Assembly: GCA_023423695.1 (NCBI GenBank)
Contig: JAFAFA010000079.1
Span: 60,293 to 124,292 of the forward strand
Direction: 5' to 3'
Length of the DNA: 64,000 bases
Source of the DNA: Pseudomonadota bacterium
GTDB taxonomy: Bacteria; Pseudomonadota; Alphaproteobacteria; Azospirillales; Azospirillaceae
Of this stretch, positions 18,641 through 28,061 are shown one piece after another. The notes under the pieces are model-generated. The model was not told the origin of the DNA and ran no database searches. It was given only the letters and a program-made list of their open reading frames with translations. Positions within the stretch are counted from its first letter, which is position 1, and each line of letters starts with the position of its first letter. Made by a program: the position numbers and the translations under genes.

Positions 18641-19924
18641 TCAGGCTGCGCAGGAACGCAGTTGATAGCCGGGAGTGGCAAGCAGCGGCGCGTCGGACAC
18701 TTCGACGACGCGCGCCTGGTCGAAGCCGTTGAAGGCCGTGCGCAGGCAGGAGCCGTAGGCGCCGAGCTGGCCCAGTTCGATCCAGTCGCCGGCCTTGACG
18801 TCGGCCGGCAGGTGGAAGGGGCCGGCCATCTTGTCGGCGCTGTCGCAGGTGGGGCCGTAGAAGCTGAAAGCCGCATCCTCGACGTCGACCATCGCCTCGA
18901 ACGGGCGGATCAGCCGCGCCGGGAAGCGGAAGCCCGGCACGCCGGCGTCCGACAGGGCGCCATAGACGCCGTCGTTGATGAACAGCTCATTGCCGCGCCG
19001 CTTCACCACCTGCACCACCAGCGAGACGCCGGGAGCGACCAGGGCGCGGCCCGGCTCGCACCACAGGCGGCAATGCGCCGGCAGGTCGAGGGCGGCAACG
19101 CCGCGGGCAATGGCAGCCATGAAATCGCCGAGCGGCGGCGGGGTGACGCCCGGATAGGACACCGGGAATCCGCCACCGACGTCCAGCACGTCGATGGCGA
19201 CGCCGCTCTCGGCGATGACGCGGCCGGCCAGCGCGATGGCGCGCTCGTAGGCCGACGGATCGAGCATCTGCGAACCGACATGGAAGGACAGCCCGACCTT
19301 GGGCGCCACGGCGCGCGCGGCGCGCAGCAGCTCCACCGCATCGGCCATGGCGGCGCCGAACTTGCCGGACAGGTCGTAGACGGCATTGCCCTTCGGCAGG
19401 GCCAGACGCACGACGAGGCCGAGGTCCGTGGCGCTGTCGGTCTCCTCCAGGATCTTGTCCAGCTCTTCGCGGCTGTCGAGCACGAAGTCGCGGACGCCAT
19501 ACTGGTGATAGGCGTTGCGGATCGCCTGACGGCCCTTGACCGGGTGCATGTAATGCAGGACGGCGTCCGGGAACATCTGGCGGATCAGCCGGATCTCGCC
19601 GGGGGAGGCGACGTCGAAATGGCGCACGCCGCCGGCCCACAGGGCACGCAGCACCGCGGGTTCCGGGTTGCACTTCACGGCATAGAGCACGTCGCCGCCG
19701 CGGGCGACGGCGTCCGTCGCCTCGGCGAAGGCGGCCAGGAAGCTGCCGGCGGTGTCGGCCAGCACGCCGGGACGGATGCAGTGCATCGGCTCTTCCGGGC
19801 GGTGCAGGGCGACGGCCTGCGCCACGGTGGACCGGCGGCCGCTGGACAGCGAAACGGCGCTGCTGTCGTTCAGGCCGACGCGGCGCAGCGGGGTAACGGC
19901 GGAACGGGAACGCAGGAAACCCAT
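18641..19924 (-). CDS. Ornithine (lysine) decarboxylase, PLP fold type III
   Basis: YAVKCNP (PLP Lys), FHVGSQ, DVGGGF, EPGR, GPTCDS, GAY; RBS AGGAG. Confidence 0.93.
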   Translation of the reverse strand: MGFLRSRSAVTPLRRVGLNDSSAVSLSSGRRSTVAQAVALHRPEEPMHCIRPGVLADTAGSFLAAFAEATDAVARGGDVLYAVKCNPEPAVLRALWAGGVRHFDVASPGEIRLIRQMFPDAVLHYMHPVKGRQAIRNAYHQYGVRDFVLDSREELDKILEETDSATDLGLVVRLALPKGNAVYDLSGKFGAAMADAVELLRAARAVAPKVGLSFHVGSQMLDPSAYERAIALAGRVIAESGVAIDVLDVGGGFPVSYPGVTPPPLGDFMAAIARGVAALDLPAHCRLWCEPGRALVAPGVSLVVQVVKRRGNELFINDGVYGALSDAGVPGFRFPARLIRPFEAMVDVEDAAFSFYGPTCDSADKMAGPFHLPADVKAGDWIELGQLGAYGSCLRTAFNGFDQARVVEVSDAPLLATPGYQLRSCAA

Positions 19925-20300
19925 GGCGCACTCCTATCCCCGGACGGCGGCGTGCAAACCGGTCCGGTGAGCAGACGTCGATTCCCGGCCGCGCCACGAG
20001 CCGTGCCAGCGCAAGGCTATGGCACGGGTGGTGCAGCGGAATCGGCGATTGATCGGATTTGGAAAGGGGGGAGACGGAAAAAGCCGGTGCGAGCAGCGGC
20101 CCCGGGCTGTGAAGCTCCGGGCAACAGCGCGTCGTTTACCGGCTAAAGGGCTACCGTCTCACAGCCCCACCGTGGGCAGCGTACATACTGACCTCCCTCT
20201 CGGGACCGGCCCACTGGAATGGCCGGTTCTGCCAAAAAGGACGCGGTACGTCGTAGCATAACCACAGAGGGCCATAGGCACGTGCGGGTGCGTCGTGCCG
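19925..20300 (-). promoter_or_regulatory. Long structured 5' leader of ornithine decarboxylase (speF-leader-like cis-regulatory RNA)
   Basis: Several perfect stems (20277-20299, 20205-20227, 20071-20160, 20001-20027, 19940-19967) in a ~370-nt leader. An alphaproteobacterial speF leader family is known upstream of this gene class; a match was not computed. Confidence 0.6.
20151..20186 (-). CDS. Putative leader peptide MYAAHGGAVRR
   Basis: GGAGG RBS 5 nt upstream of ATG TAC GCT GCC CAC GGT GGG GCT GTG AGA CGG TAG. Confidence 0.5.
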   Translation of the reverse strand: MYAAHGGAVRR

Positions 20301-20303
20301 ATT

Positions 20304-20331
20304 GATTTACGCTATTCCGTCCGTGATTCAA
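20304..20331 (-). promoter_or_regulatory. Putative sigma70 promoter for the odc leader
   Basis: TTGAAT-N16-TAAATC on the minus strand, with AT-rich sequence upstream, immediately before the first leader hairpin. Confidence 0.5.
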
Positions 20332-20362
20332 GTGAAATTTTTGGGGCGCGAATAAGGCGAGG

Positions 20363-20926
20363 TCAGACCGCTTCCACCATCGCGGGTTCAAACAGGGGAA
20401 AGCGCGCGGCGATGGTGTCGCCGGTCGGGCTGGCGATCCAGCCGTCGGACCGCGTGAAGAAGCGGATGGCGGTGAAGCGGGGCCGCGCCCCCATGTCGAA
20501 CCAGTGCGGCGTGCCTGCGGGAATGCTCAGCAGGTCGCCCGCCTCGCACACCACGCGGAAGACCCGGCGGTCGAGATGGATGTAGAAGGCGCCGGCGCCT
20601 TCGACGAAGAAGCGTGCCTCGTCCTCGTCATGGGTGTGTTCGTCCAGGAATTTGGCGCGAAGCGCTGCGACGCCCTCCGTCGCCGGAGTGACCCGCACCA
20701 CGTCGACGGAGCGGAAGCGGCGCGCCTCCTTCAACGCCTCGACCTGCGCGGCGTAGGCCGCCAGCACTGCTTCACTGTCGGCGGAGGCGGGCAGGGGAGC
20801 TTCGGCGATCCAGCGTTCGAACAGGATGCCGACATGGGCCAGATGTCCGGCCATCAAAGCGGGATCGGCCGTGCTCAATTCCGGCCGAAGGGCGTCATTC
20901 TCCAGATAAACGGTCAGGTGACTCAA
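20363..20926 (-). CDS. mtnD: Acireductone dioxygenase (methionine salvage)
   Basis: Cupin metal motif EHTHDEDEARFF...PAGTPHWFDMG, AIRFF; TTG start after a GGAG RBS. Confidence 0.9.
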   Translation of the reverse strand: MSHLTVYLENDALRPELSTADPALMAGHLAHVGILFERWIAEAPLPASADSEAVLAAYAAQVEALKEARRFRSVDVVRVTPATEGVAALRAKFLDEHTHDEDEARFFVEGAGAFYIHLDRRVFRVVCEAGDLLSIPAGTPHWFDMGARPRFTAIRFFTRSDGWIASPTGDTIAARFPLFEPAMVEAV

Positions 20927-21034
20927 TCCGCGCACTCCTGCCGAACCAATGTACGCAGCGTGAAGTGATGCCGTTCGCGACGCAATAAGCGGAATCGCAA
21001 GCGCGACCGTTCGTCGCGCCGGCTTGTGGCGATT

Positions 21035-22255
21035 CTAGCGGCTCCGCTGGAGCCCCACGGTCACGGCGACCGCGATCACCAGCAGCAGCCCGACGAAGGC
21101 CGCCACCCCCGTCCATCCGTAATCATGCCAGAACAGCCCGCCCAGCGTTCCGGCCAGGGTGGAGCCCAGATAGTAGCAGAACAGGTAGATGGACGAGGCC
21201 TGCCCCCGCGCCACCGTGGCCCGGCGGCCGATCCAGGCGGACACGATGGAATGGGCGCCGAAGAAGGCGAAGGTGAAGAGGGCGATGCCGGGGGCGATGG
21301 CGAACAGGCTGTCGAACTCCATCAGAACGAGCCCAGCCACCATCAGCGCCACCGCCGTCGCCAGGGTGCGGTTCGACCCGAAGCGGCCCGACCAGCCGCC
21401 GAACAGCGGCGAACTGACGACGCCGAAGCTGTAGACCAGGAACACCGCGCCGACGATTGCCGGACGCAGCTCGAACGGCGGCTCGCTGAGGCGGAAGCCG
21501 ATGTAGTTGAAGACGGTGACGAAGCCGCCCATCAGCAGGAAGCCCAGCGAGAACAGCCCGAGCAGGGCCGGATCGGTCAGCAGTCCGCGCCAGGCCCGCA
21601 CCAGCCCCGCCAACCCGGCGGCGCGGCGGACGAAATGGCGCGAGGGCGGCAGGGCGAACCAGACGATGACGGCGGCTGCCACCGCCATTGCCCCGACCGC
21701 CCCCACCGCCAGCCTCCAGGTGCCGAGATCGGTGACGATGGCGGTTACCACACGGCCGGACATGCCGCCGATGGCGGTGCCGCCGATGTAGAGCCCCATG
21801 GCGACGCCGGCCGATTTCGGATCGACCTCTTCGGAGACATAGGCCATGGCGACGGCGGGAAGGCCGCTCAGCGCCAGACCTTCCAGCGCCCGCACCGCCA
21901 GGAATCCATGCCAGTCCGGCATCAGCGCGCCGACGATGCCCAGCAGGCCGGCAGCGAGCAGGGCCGCCACCATCACCGGCTTGCGCCCGATCCCGTCGGA
22001 GATGGCGCCGGCCACCAGCAGCGCGCCCGCCAGCATGCCGGTGGTCAGCGACAGCGACAGGCTGGATTCGGCCGGCGTCACCCCGAACTCCCGCACGAAG
22101 TCGGGCAGCAGCGGCTGGACGCAGTAGAGCGTCGCGAAGGTGGAGAATCCGGCGACGAACAGTATGCGGCTGGCGCGGCGATAGGCGGGAGTGCCGGCCT
22201 GCAGATAGGCGGTTTCTGCATCGGCCTGGGCACCGGTCTCGATCTCGTCGCGCAC
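21035..22255 (-). CDS. MFS transporter, YnfM-like
   Basis: [24 protein letters not shown] motif [16 protein letters not shown]; about 12 hydrophobic segments. Start uncertain. Confidence 0.9.
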   Translation of the reverse strand: MRDEIETGAQADAETAYLQAGTPAYRRASRILFVAGFSTFATLYCVQPLLPDFVREFGVTPAESSLSLSLTTGMLAGALLVAGAISDGIGRKPVMVAALLAAGLLGIVGALMPDWHGFLAVRALEGLALSGLPAVAMAYVSEEVDPKSAGVAMGLYIGGTAIGGMSGRVVTAIVTDLGTWRLAVGAVGAMAVAAAVIVWFALPPSRHFVRRAAGLAGLVRAWRGLLTDPALLGLFSLGFLLMGGFVTVFNYIGFRLSEPPFELRPAIVGAVFLVYSFGVVSSPLFGGWSGRFGSNRTLATAVALMVAGLVLMEFDSLFAIAPGIALFTFAFFGAHSIVSAWIGRRATVARGQASSIYLFCYYLGSTLAGTLGGLFWHDYGWTGVAAFVGLLLVIAVAVTVGLQRSR

Positions 22256-22471
22256 GCGCTGGTCTCCATGGTCGTCTTCGCGCGGCATGCTGCAGCGCAC
22301 CCGCGACATTGCCCTGCGGCGTCCCTCCGTTCCAACAGCCGCCGCGGCGCAGCGGCCATGCCGTTCGTGCAGGTCCCTATCAGGAGTGGTGCCGCCGCGG
22401 CCTTGCACTGGACCTTGGCGGGGCCGCGCCGTATAACCAGTGCCCCACACAATTCGTTGATTGTTCGAGCC

Positions 22472-23743
22472 ATGCACGACCTTCGCGCCATCCGTGAGAA
22501 TCCCGAAGCCTTCGACCGCGGCCTTGGCCGCCGGGGACTGGCGCCGATGTCGTCCTCCGTGCTCGACCTCGACGGCCGCCGCCGCGCCGCGCAGACCCAG
22601 ATGCAGGAGATGCAGGCCCGCCGGAACGAGGCGGCGAAGGAAGTCGGCCTCGCCAAGCGCGAAGGTCGCGACGCCCAGCCGATCCTGGACGAGATGGCGG
22701 CCCTGAAGGACCGCCTGCCCCAGGTGGAGGAGGAGGAGCGCGCGCTAGGCGCCGAACTCGACGCGCTGCTGGCCGGACTGCCCAACATCCCGGCAGACGA
22801 CGTGCCGGACGGGCCGGACGAGACCGCGAACGTCGAGGTCCGCCGCTGGGGCACCCCGGCCGACATCGCCAATCCCAAGCAGCATTACGAACTGGGCGAG
22901 GCGCTGGGCCTGATGGATTTCGAGGCGGCGGCCCGCATGTCCGGCGCCCGCTTCACCGTTCTGAAGGGCGGGCTCGCCCGGCTTGAGCGCGCGCTCGCCG
23001 ACTTCATGCTGGACATCCACACGTCGGAGCATGGCTTCACCGAGATCGCGCCGCCGCTGATGGTGCGCGACAATGCCCTGTTCGGCACCGGTCAGCTGCC
23101 GAAGTTCGAGGAGGATCTGTTCAAGACCACCACGAGCGGCCATTACCTGATCCCGACCAGCGAGGTGCCGCTGACCAATCTGGTCAACGACCAGATCCTG
23201 GCGGCGGAGGAGCTGCCGCTGCGCTACACCGCGCTGACCCCCTGCTTCCGGGCGGAAGCCGGATCGGCCGGGCGCGACACCCGCGGCATGATCCGCCAGC
23301 ACCAGTTCTGGAAGGTGGAGATGGTCGCCATCACCGCGCCGGAACAGTCGGAGGACGAGCACCAGCGGATGACCCGTTGCGCCGAGACCATCCTGGAGCG
23401 GCTGGGCCTGCCCTACCGCACCATCGTGCTGTGCACCGGCGACATGGGCTTCTCCTCGCGCAAGACCTATGACGTCGAGGTGTGGCTGCCGGGCCAGAAC
23501 GCCTACCGCGAGATCTCCAGCGTGTCCAATTGCGGAGATTTCCAGGCGCGGCGGATGAAAGCCCGTTGCAGGGCCAAGGGCGAGAAGCAAACTCAATTCT
23601 TGCACACCCTCAACGGATCGGGTGTGGCGGTCGGGCGCTGCCTGATCGCGGTGCTGGAGAACTACCAGCAGCCCGACGGTTCGATCCTGGTTCCCGAAGC
23701 GCTCCGCCCCTACATGCGCGGAGTGGAGAGGATTTCGATCTGA
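22472..23743 (+). CDS. serS: Seryl-tRNA synthetase
   Basis: [54 protein letters not shown]. Confidence 0.98.
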   Translation: MHDLRAIRENPEAFDRGLGRRGLAPMSSSVLDLDGRRRAAQTQMQEMQARRNEAAKEVGLAKREGRDAQPILDEMAALKDRLPQVEEEERALGAELDALLAGLPNIPADDVPDGPDETANVEVRRWGTPADIANPKQHYELGEALGLMDFEAAARMSGARFTVLKGGLARLERALADFMLDIHTSEHGFTEIAPPLMVRDNALFGTGQLPKFEEDLFKTTTSGHYLIPTSEVPLTNLVNDQILAAEELPLRYTALTPCFRAEAGSAGRDTRGMIRQHQFWKVEMVAITAPEQSEDEHQRMTRCAETILERLGLPYRTIVLCTGDMGFSSRKTYDVEVWLPGQNAYREISSVSNCGDFQARRMKARCRAKGEKQTQFLHTLNGSGVAVGRCLIAVLENYQQPDGSILVPEALRPYMRGVERISI

Positions 23744-24525
23744 TGTTCAACCTGCCGCTCGACCTGTCCCAGACGCGCATCCTCGTCACCAACGACGACG
23801 GCATCCATGCGCAGGGATTGAAGGTTCTGGAAGCCATCGCGCGCGAGTTGTCCGACGACGTCTGGGTGGTGGCGCCGGAGATGGAGCAGTCGGCGGCCAG
23901 CCATTCGCTGACCATCAACCGGCCGCTGCGCCTGCGCAAGCTGGACGAGCGCCGCTACACCGTGGACGGCACGCCGACCGACTGCGTCCTGCTGGCGGTC
24001 AACCATGTGATGCGGGACTCCCGTCCGACGCTGGTGCTGTCCGGCGTCAACCAGGGCTCCAACATCGGCGAGGACGTGACCTACTCCGGCACCATCGCCG
24101 CGGCGATGGAGGCGACGCTGCTGAACGTCCCCGCCATCGCCATGAGCCAGCACTACGAGCCGGGCCAGCCGATCGACTGGTCCGCCGCCGCCGCCCATGG
24201 CGCCGACGTGGTGCGCAAGGCGGTGACGGTGGCCTGGCCGAAGAACGTGCTGCTGAACGTCAACTTCCCGGCCCGCCCGGCCGAGGAGGTGACGGGCATC
24301 CAGGTGGTGCGCCACGGCAAGCGCAAGATCGGCGACGAGCTGTTCGAGCGCGTCGACCCGCGCGGCAAGCCCTATATCTGGATCGGCACCCTGCGCGGCG
24401 AGGCCGACGTGTCCGACGACACCGACATCCATGTCGTGTTCAACGGCGGCATCTCGGTGACGCCGATCTATCTCGACCTGACCCACACCCCGACGCTGCA
24501 GACGTTGAGGCAGGCCTTCGTGTGA
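23743..24525 (+). CDS. surE: 5'/3'-nucleotidase SurE
   Basis: ILVTNDDG, GTPTDCV, SGVNQGSN, YSGTIAAAME. Confidence 0.96.
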   Translation: MFNLPLDLSQTRILVTNDDGIHAQGLKVLEAIARELSDDVWVVAPEMEQSAASHSLTINRPLRLRKLDERRYTVDGTPTDCVLLAVNHVMRDSRPTLVLSGVNQGSNIGEDVTYSGTIAAAMEATLLNVPAIAMSQHYEPGQPIDWSAAAAHGADVVRKAVTVAWPKNVLLNVNFPARPAEEVTGIQVVRHGKRKIGDELFERVDPRGKPYIWIGTLRGEADVSDDTDIHVVFNGGISVTPIYLDLTHTPTLQTLRQAFV

Positions 24526-25175
24526 CCTACAACCCGCGCAAGATCCGCTTGCTGATGGCCCTTCGCGGGGCCGGCGTCACCGACACCCGCGTGTTGGCGG
24601 CGATCGAGCGGATCCCGCGCGAACTGTTCGTTCCGGAGACCTTCCAGGACCGGGCGTGGGAGGATGTGGCGCTGCCGATCGATCTGGGCCAGACCATCAG
24701 CCAGCCGCTGGTGGTCGGGCTGATGACCCAGGCGCTGGACCTGCACCCGCGGCATCTTGTGCTGGAGGTCGGCACCGGTTCCGGCTATCAGGCGGCGGTG
24801 CTGTCGCGGCTATGCCGACGGGTCTTCACCATCGAGCGGCTGAAACCGCTGCTGTGCGAGGCGGAGGCGCGGTTCAAGGCGCTGGACATCGGCAACATCA
24901 CCACGCGGCTCGGCGACGGGACGCGCGGCTGGCCGGAGCTGGCGCCCTTCGCCCGCATACTGGTCACAGCCGCCGGTGGGCCGGAGCCGCCAAAAGACTT
25001 GACGGATCAACTCGCCGTTGGTGGTGTCATGGTCATTCCGCTGGGGACCGATCACCGCGACCAAAGGGTCGTGCGTTTCCGGCGTTCCGAAGCTGCCCTT
25101 ATCCGGGAGGACCTGTGGCCCGTCCGTTTCGTTCCGCTGCTGTCCGACCCGCCACAACCGGTCCGTTCCGCATGA
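24522..25175 (+). CDS. pcm: Protein-L-isoaspartate O-methyltransferase
   Basis: GQTISQP, VLEVGTGSGYQAAVL, VRFVPL; surE-pcm-nlpD synteny. Confidence 0.95.
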   Translation: MTYNPRKIRLLMALRGAGVTDTRVLAAIERIPRELFVPETFQDRAWEDVALPIDLGQTISQPLVVGLMTQALDLHPRHLVLEVGTGSGYQAAVLSRLCRRVFTIERLKPLLCEAEARFKALDIGNITTRLGDGTRGWPELAPFARILVTAAGGPEPPKDLTDQLAVGGVMVIPLGTDHRDQRVVRFRRSEAALIREDLWPVRFVPLLSDPPQPVRSA

Positions 25176-26428
25176 GACCCGTCATGTCCGCTCGCCTTCT
25201 GCCGGTCCTGGTCCTGTCCACCGCCGTCCTGGCACTCGGTGCCTGCGAACGGGTGGGCGGGCTGGCTCCCTTCACCCATGTCACAGAGGCGCCGGAGTCG
25301 GCCGGCGGCGCCATCTCCGTGCAGAAGGGCGACAGCGCCTACAGCCTGTCCCGCCGCTACAACGTGCCGCTGCGCGACCTGATCGAGGCGAACAAGCTGG
25401 CCCCCCCCTACCGTCTGGAGGTCGGCCAGCGACTGGTCCTGCCGACCTCGCGCCAGTACATCGTGCAGAAGGGCGACAGCCTCTACAGCATCTCGCGCAT
25501 GCACAATGTCGATGTCAGCGAGTTGACGCGGCTGAACAACCTGTCGCCGCCCTACGCGGTGCAGGCCGGCCAGCCCCTGCGTCTGCCGGGTGCGAACGAC
25601 GGCAGCGGCACGATGGTCGCGTCGAGCCCCGCCTCCGGCGGCGCCGTGCCGCTGACGCCGCAGGGCTCGCCTGCCGGGCGCGGTTCGGTCCAGTCGGCCG
25701 AATTGCCGCCGCCGGGCGCGGCCTCCCCATCCGGCGGAATCTCTGCCACGCCGCTGCCGCCGCCGTCGAAGCCGGGCGCGACGGTCGAACCGGCGCCTGC
25801 CCAGACGACGCAGGCGCCTGCCGGCGATACCACCTATCAGCCGGGACAGGCGCCGACCGTGCTGCGCCCGCCCGGAGCCAAGCCGGCCCCGACCCCGATC
25901 CCGCCCCCCTCGGCGGCGCCCGCGCCCGCGCCGCAGCAGGAAGTTGCCGCTGCACCGCCGCCCAAGCCGGAGCCGAAGGCGGAGCCCGCGACTCCGCCGC
26001 GCGGCGGCGGCCGTTTCCTGTGGCCGGTGAAGGGCAAGCTGATTTCGGGGTTCGGGCCGAAGCCCGACGGGCTGCACAATGACGGCTTGAACATCGCGGC
26101 GCCGAAGGGCACCGCCGTGGTCGCCGCCGACAACGGCGTGGTCGCCTATGCCGGCAACGAACTGCGCGGTTTCGGCAACCTGCTGCTGCTGAAGCATTCC
26201 GACGGCTGGATCACCGCCTACGCCCATCTCGACAAGATCGAGGTGGAGCGTGGCGCCACCGTGAAGCGGGGGCAGGTGATCGCCCGGGTCGGCCAGACCG
26301 GCGGCGTTTCCTCGCCCCAGCTCCATTTCGAGCTGCGCAAGGGCAGCCAGGCCGTCGACCCGAGCGATCAGATGGACCGCAAGGTCAGCGAAGGGGCTGG
26401 CCGAGACGACCGGCCAGGTCCTGGATGA
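25172..26428 (+). CDS. nlpD: LysM/M23 lipoprotein, NlpD/DipM-like
   Basis: Lipobox LGAC, two LysM repeats (VQKGDS), Pro-rich linker, M23 domain FLWPVKG...NDGLNI...TAYAH...PQLHFELR. Confidence 0.88.
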   Translation: MRPVMSARLLPVLVLSTAVLALGACERVGGLAPFTHVTEAPESAGGAISVQKGDSAYSLSRRYNVPLRDLIEANKLAPPYRLEVGQRLVLPTSRQYIVQKGDSLYSISRMHNVDVSELTRLNNLSPPYAVQAGQPLRLPGANDGSGTMVASSPASGGAVPLTPQGSPAGRGSVQSAELPPPGAASPSGGISATPLPPPSKPGATVEPAPAQTTQAPAGDTTYQPGQAPTVLRPPGAKPAPTPIPPPSAAPAPAPQQEVAAAPPPKPEPKAEPATPPRGGGRFLWPVKGKLISGFGPKPDGLHNDGLNIAAPKGTAVVAADNGVVAYAGNELRGFGNLLLLKHSDGWITAYAHLDKIEVERGATVKRGQVIARVGQTGGVSSPQLHFELRKGSQAVDPSDQMDRKVSEGAGRDDRPGPG

Positions 26429-27281
26429 ACTGCCAGGCCACCCGGCCCGACCGGCTTCCGCGCGTGACCGACCATTCCACGGCTTCCGCGCGCAGCCGGT
26501 CGGCCGGGATGTCCAGGCCGAAATGGCGGACATAGCCCTCGATCATGGCGAAATAGGTATCCTGGTCGCAGTTGTGGAAGCCCAGCCACAGCCCGAACCG
26601 GTCGGACAGCGACACCTTCTCCTCCACCGCCTCCGCCGGATTGATGGCGGTCGACCGTTCGTTCTCGATCATGTCGCGCGGCATCAGGTGGCGGCGGTTG
26701 GAGGTGGCGTAGAACACCACATTGTCCGGCCGCCCCTCGATCCCGCCGTCCAGCACCGCCTTCAGCGACTTGTAATGCGCGTCGTCATGGTCGAAGGACA
26801 GATCGTCGCAGAACAGGATGAAGCGGCGCGGCTCGCCCTTCAGCCGGGCCAGCAGGCTGGGCAGGGTGGGGATGTCCTCGCGGTGGATTTCGACCAGCGC
26901 CAGCTCGCCCGGGCGCTCCGTGCAGATGGCGGCGTGCGCCGCCTTGACCAGCGAGCTCTTGCCGGTGCCGCGCGCCCCCCACAGCAGGGCGTTGTTGGCC
27001 GGGAGGCCGGCGGCGAAACGCCGCGTGTTGTCCAGCAGGATCTCGCGCTGCCGTTCGATGCCCTGCAGAAGCATGATGTCGACGCGGTTGACCACCGGAA
27101 CCGGCTCCAGCCGGTCGGGATCGGGATGCCAGACGAAGGCGTCGGCCGCGGTGAAGTCCAACGGGCGGTCCGGCGGCGGAGCCAGCCGTTCCAGCGCCTC
27201 CGCGATGCGGGTCAGCAGCGGAATCAGGGCCTGATCGGCACCTGAGGGGCCAGCACCGGAGCCAGTGATGGATTGCGACAT
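26385..27281 (-). CDS. AAA+ ATPase, DUF815 family
   Basis: ANNALLWGARGTGKSS, LFCDDLSF, YATSNRRH, EEKVSLSDRFG, RSGRVAWQF. Confidence 0.9.
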   Translation of the reverse strand: MSQSITGSGAGPSGADQALIPLLTRIAEALERLAPPPDRPLDFTAADAFVWHPDPDRLEPVPVVNRVDIMLLQGIERQREILLDNTRRFAAGLPANNALLWGARGTGKSSLVKAAHAAICTERPGELALVEIHREDIPTLPSLLARLKGEPRRFILFCDDLSFDHDDAHYKSLKAVLDGGIEGRPDNVVFYATSNRRHLMPRDMIENERSTAINPAEAVEEKVSLSDRFGLWLGFHNCDQDTYFAMIEGYVRHFGLDIPADRLRAEAVEWSVTRGSRSGRVAWQFIQDLAGRLGQPLR

Positions 27282-27506
27282 AATTCTCCGGATATTTTTT
27301 CTGGATGTTCCATGGAAAGTGGGCGCCAGCGCAGCCATCTTTCCGACGCCTGCGCACCGTAACACAGCAGGGCAAGCGCACAAGCTGTGGCGGCCCCGCG
27401 GATTGTGGCGCATCACCATTGCATCCCGGTCATGGGCGTTTATAGTCGCGGCGTCCCGGCGGAACGCCGATCCGGTGCCGAGATCAAACCTGTAAGGAGC
27501 TTTCAG

Positions 27507-27935
27507 ATGTTCGTTTCGACGGCTTATGCACAGACGGCGGCGCCGGCTGGCGGCGGCGGTGACATGCTCGTCCAATTTCTGCCGCTGATCCTGATCTTCG
27601 TCGTCTTCTACTTCCTGCTGATCCGTCCGCAGCAGAAGAAGATGAAGGAGCATAAGGCCATGCTGTCGGCCATCCGCCGCGGCGACCGCGTCGTGACCGG
27701 CGGCGGCATCATCGGCGTCGTCACCAAGGTCGCCGATGACGAACTGACCGTCGAAATCGCCGAGAACGTGCGCGTGCGCTGCCTGCGCTCCACCGTGAAC
27801 CTCGTGCTCGCCAAGACCGAGCCGGCCGGCAAGTCCGGCGGCGACGCCACCCCCACCGCCACCCCGGACGGTGAGGCCAAGCCGGCCGACACCCCCGCCG
27901 CCGGCGGCATCGGCAAGCTGTTCGGCCGCAAGTAA
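27507..27935 (+). CDS. yajC: Preprotein translocase subunit YajC
   Basis: FYFLLIRPQQKK, RGDRVVTGGGIIG; RBS AAGGAG. Confidence 0.96.
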   Translation: MFVSTAYAQTAAPAGGGGDMLVQFLPLILIFVVFYFLLIRPQQKKMKEHKAMLSAIRRGDRVVTGGGIIGVVTKVADDELTVEIAENVRVRCLRSTVNLVLAKTEPAGKSGGDATPTATPDGEAKPADTPAAGGIGKLFGRK

Positions 27936-28061
27936 GCCGCAGCCGGGCTCCTCTCACGCGGGCCAGCCCGAAGGCGCTTCCCGTCCGGACCGGCCGGCCG
28001 CCGCCCACCCGCGGCGGACCGGTCGCACCCGCGCGGGTGTCTGATCGGATTCGAGTGACGC

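Noticed and set aside
20143..20391. Alternative odc-leader ORFs (82-aa track ORF ending WGCETVAL; MALCGY... frame)
   Set aside because: They lack an RBS or start upstream of the predicted promoter. Only the ATG at 20186 has a strong SD, though these frames are not strictly excluded.
20941..21000. Possible SAM or SAM/SAH riboswitch upstream of mtnD
   Set aside because: Only a short AACGGC resemblance; the conserved core and pairing could not be found.
21026..22471. Apparent ~480-aa N-terminal extension of SerS in the ORF track
   Set aside because: It overlaps the minus-strand MFS gene; SerS homology begins at 22472. Similar false extensions affect ppk1, hpnC, surE, nlpD, secF, MoxR and the NDUFAF6-like gene.
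25318..25480. Direct repeat GTGCAGAAGGGCGACAGC in nlpD
   Set aside because: Explained by the two LysM domains.
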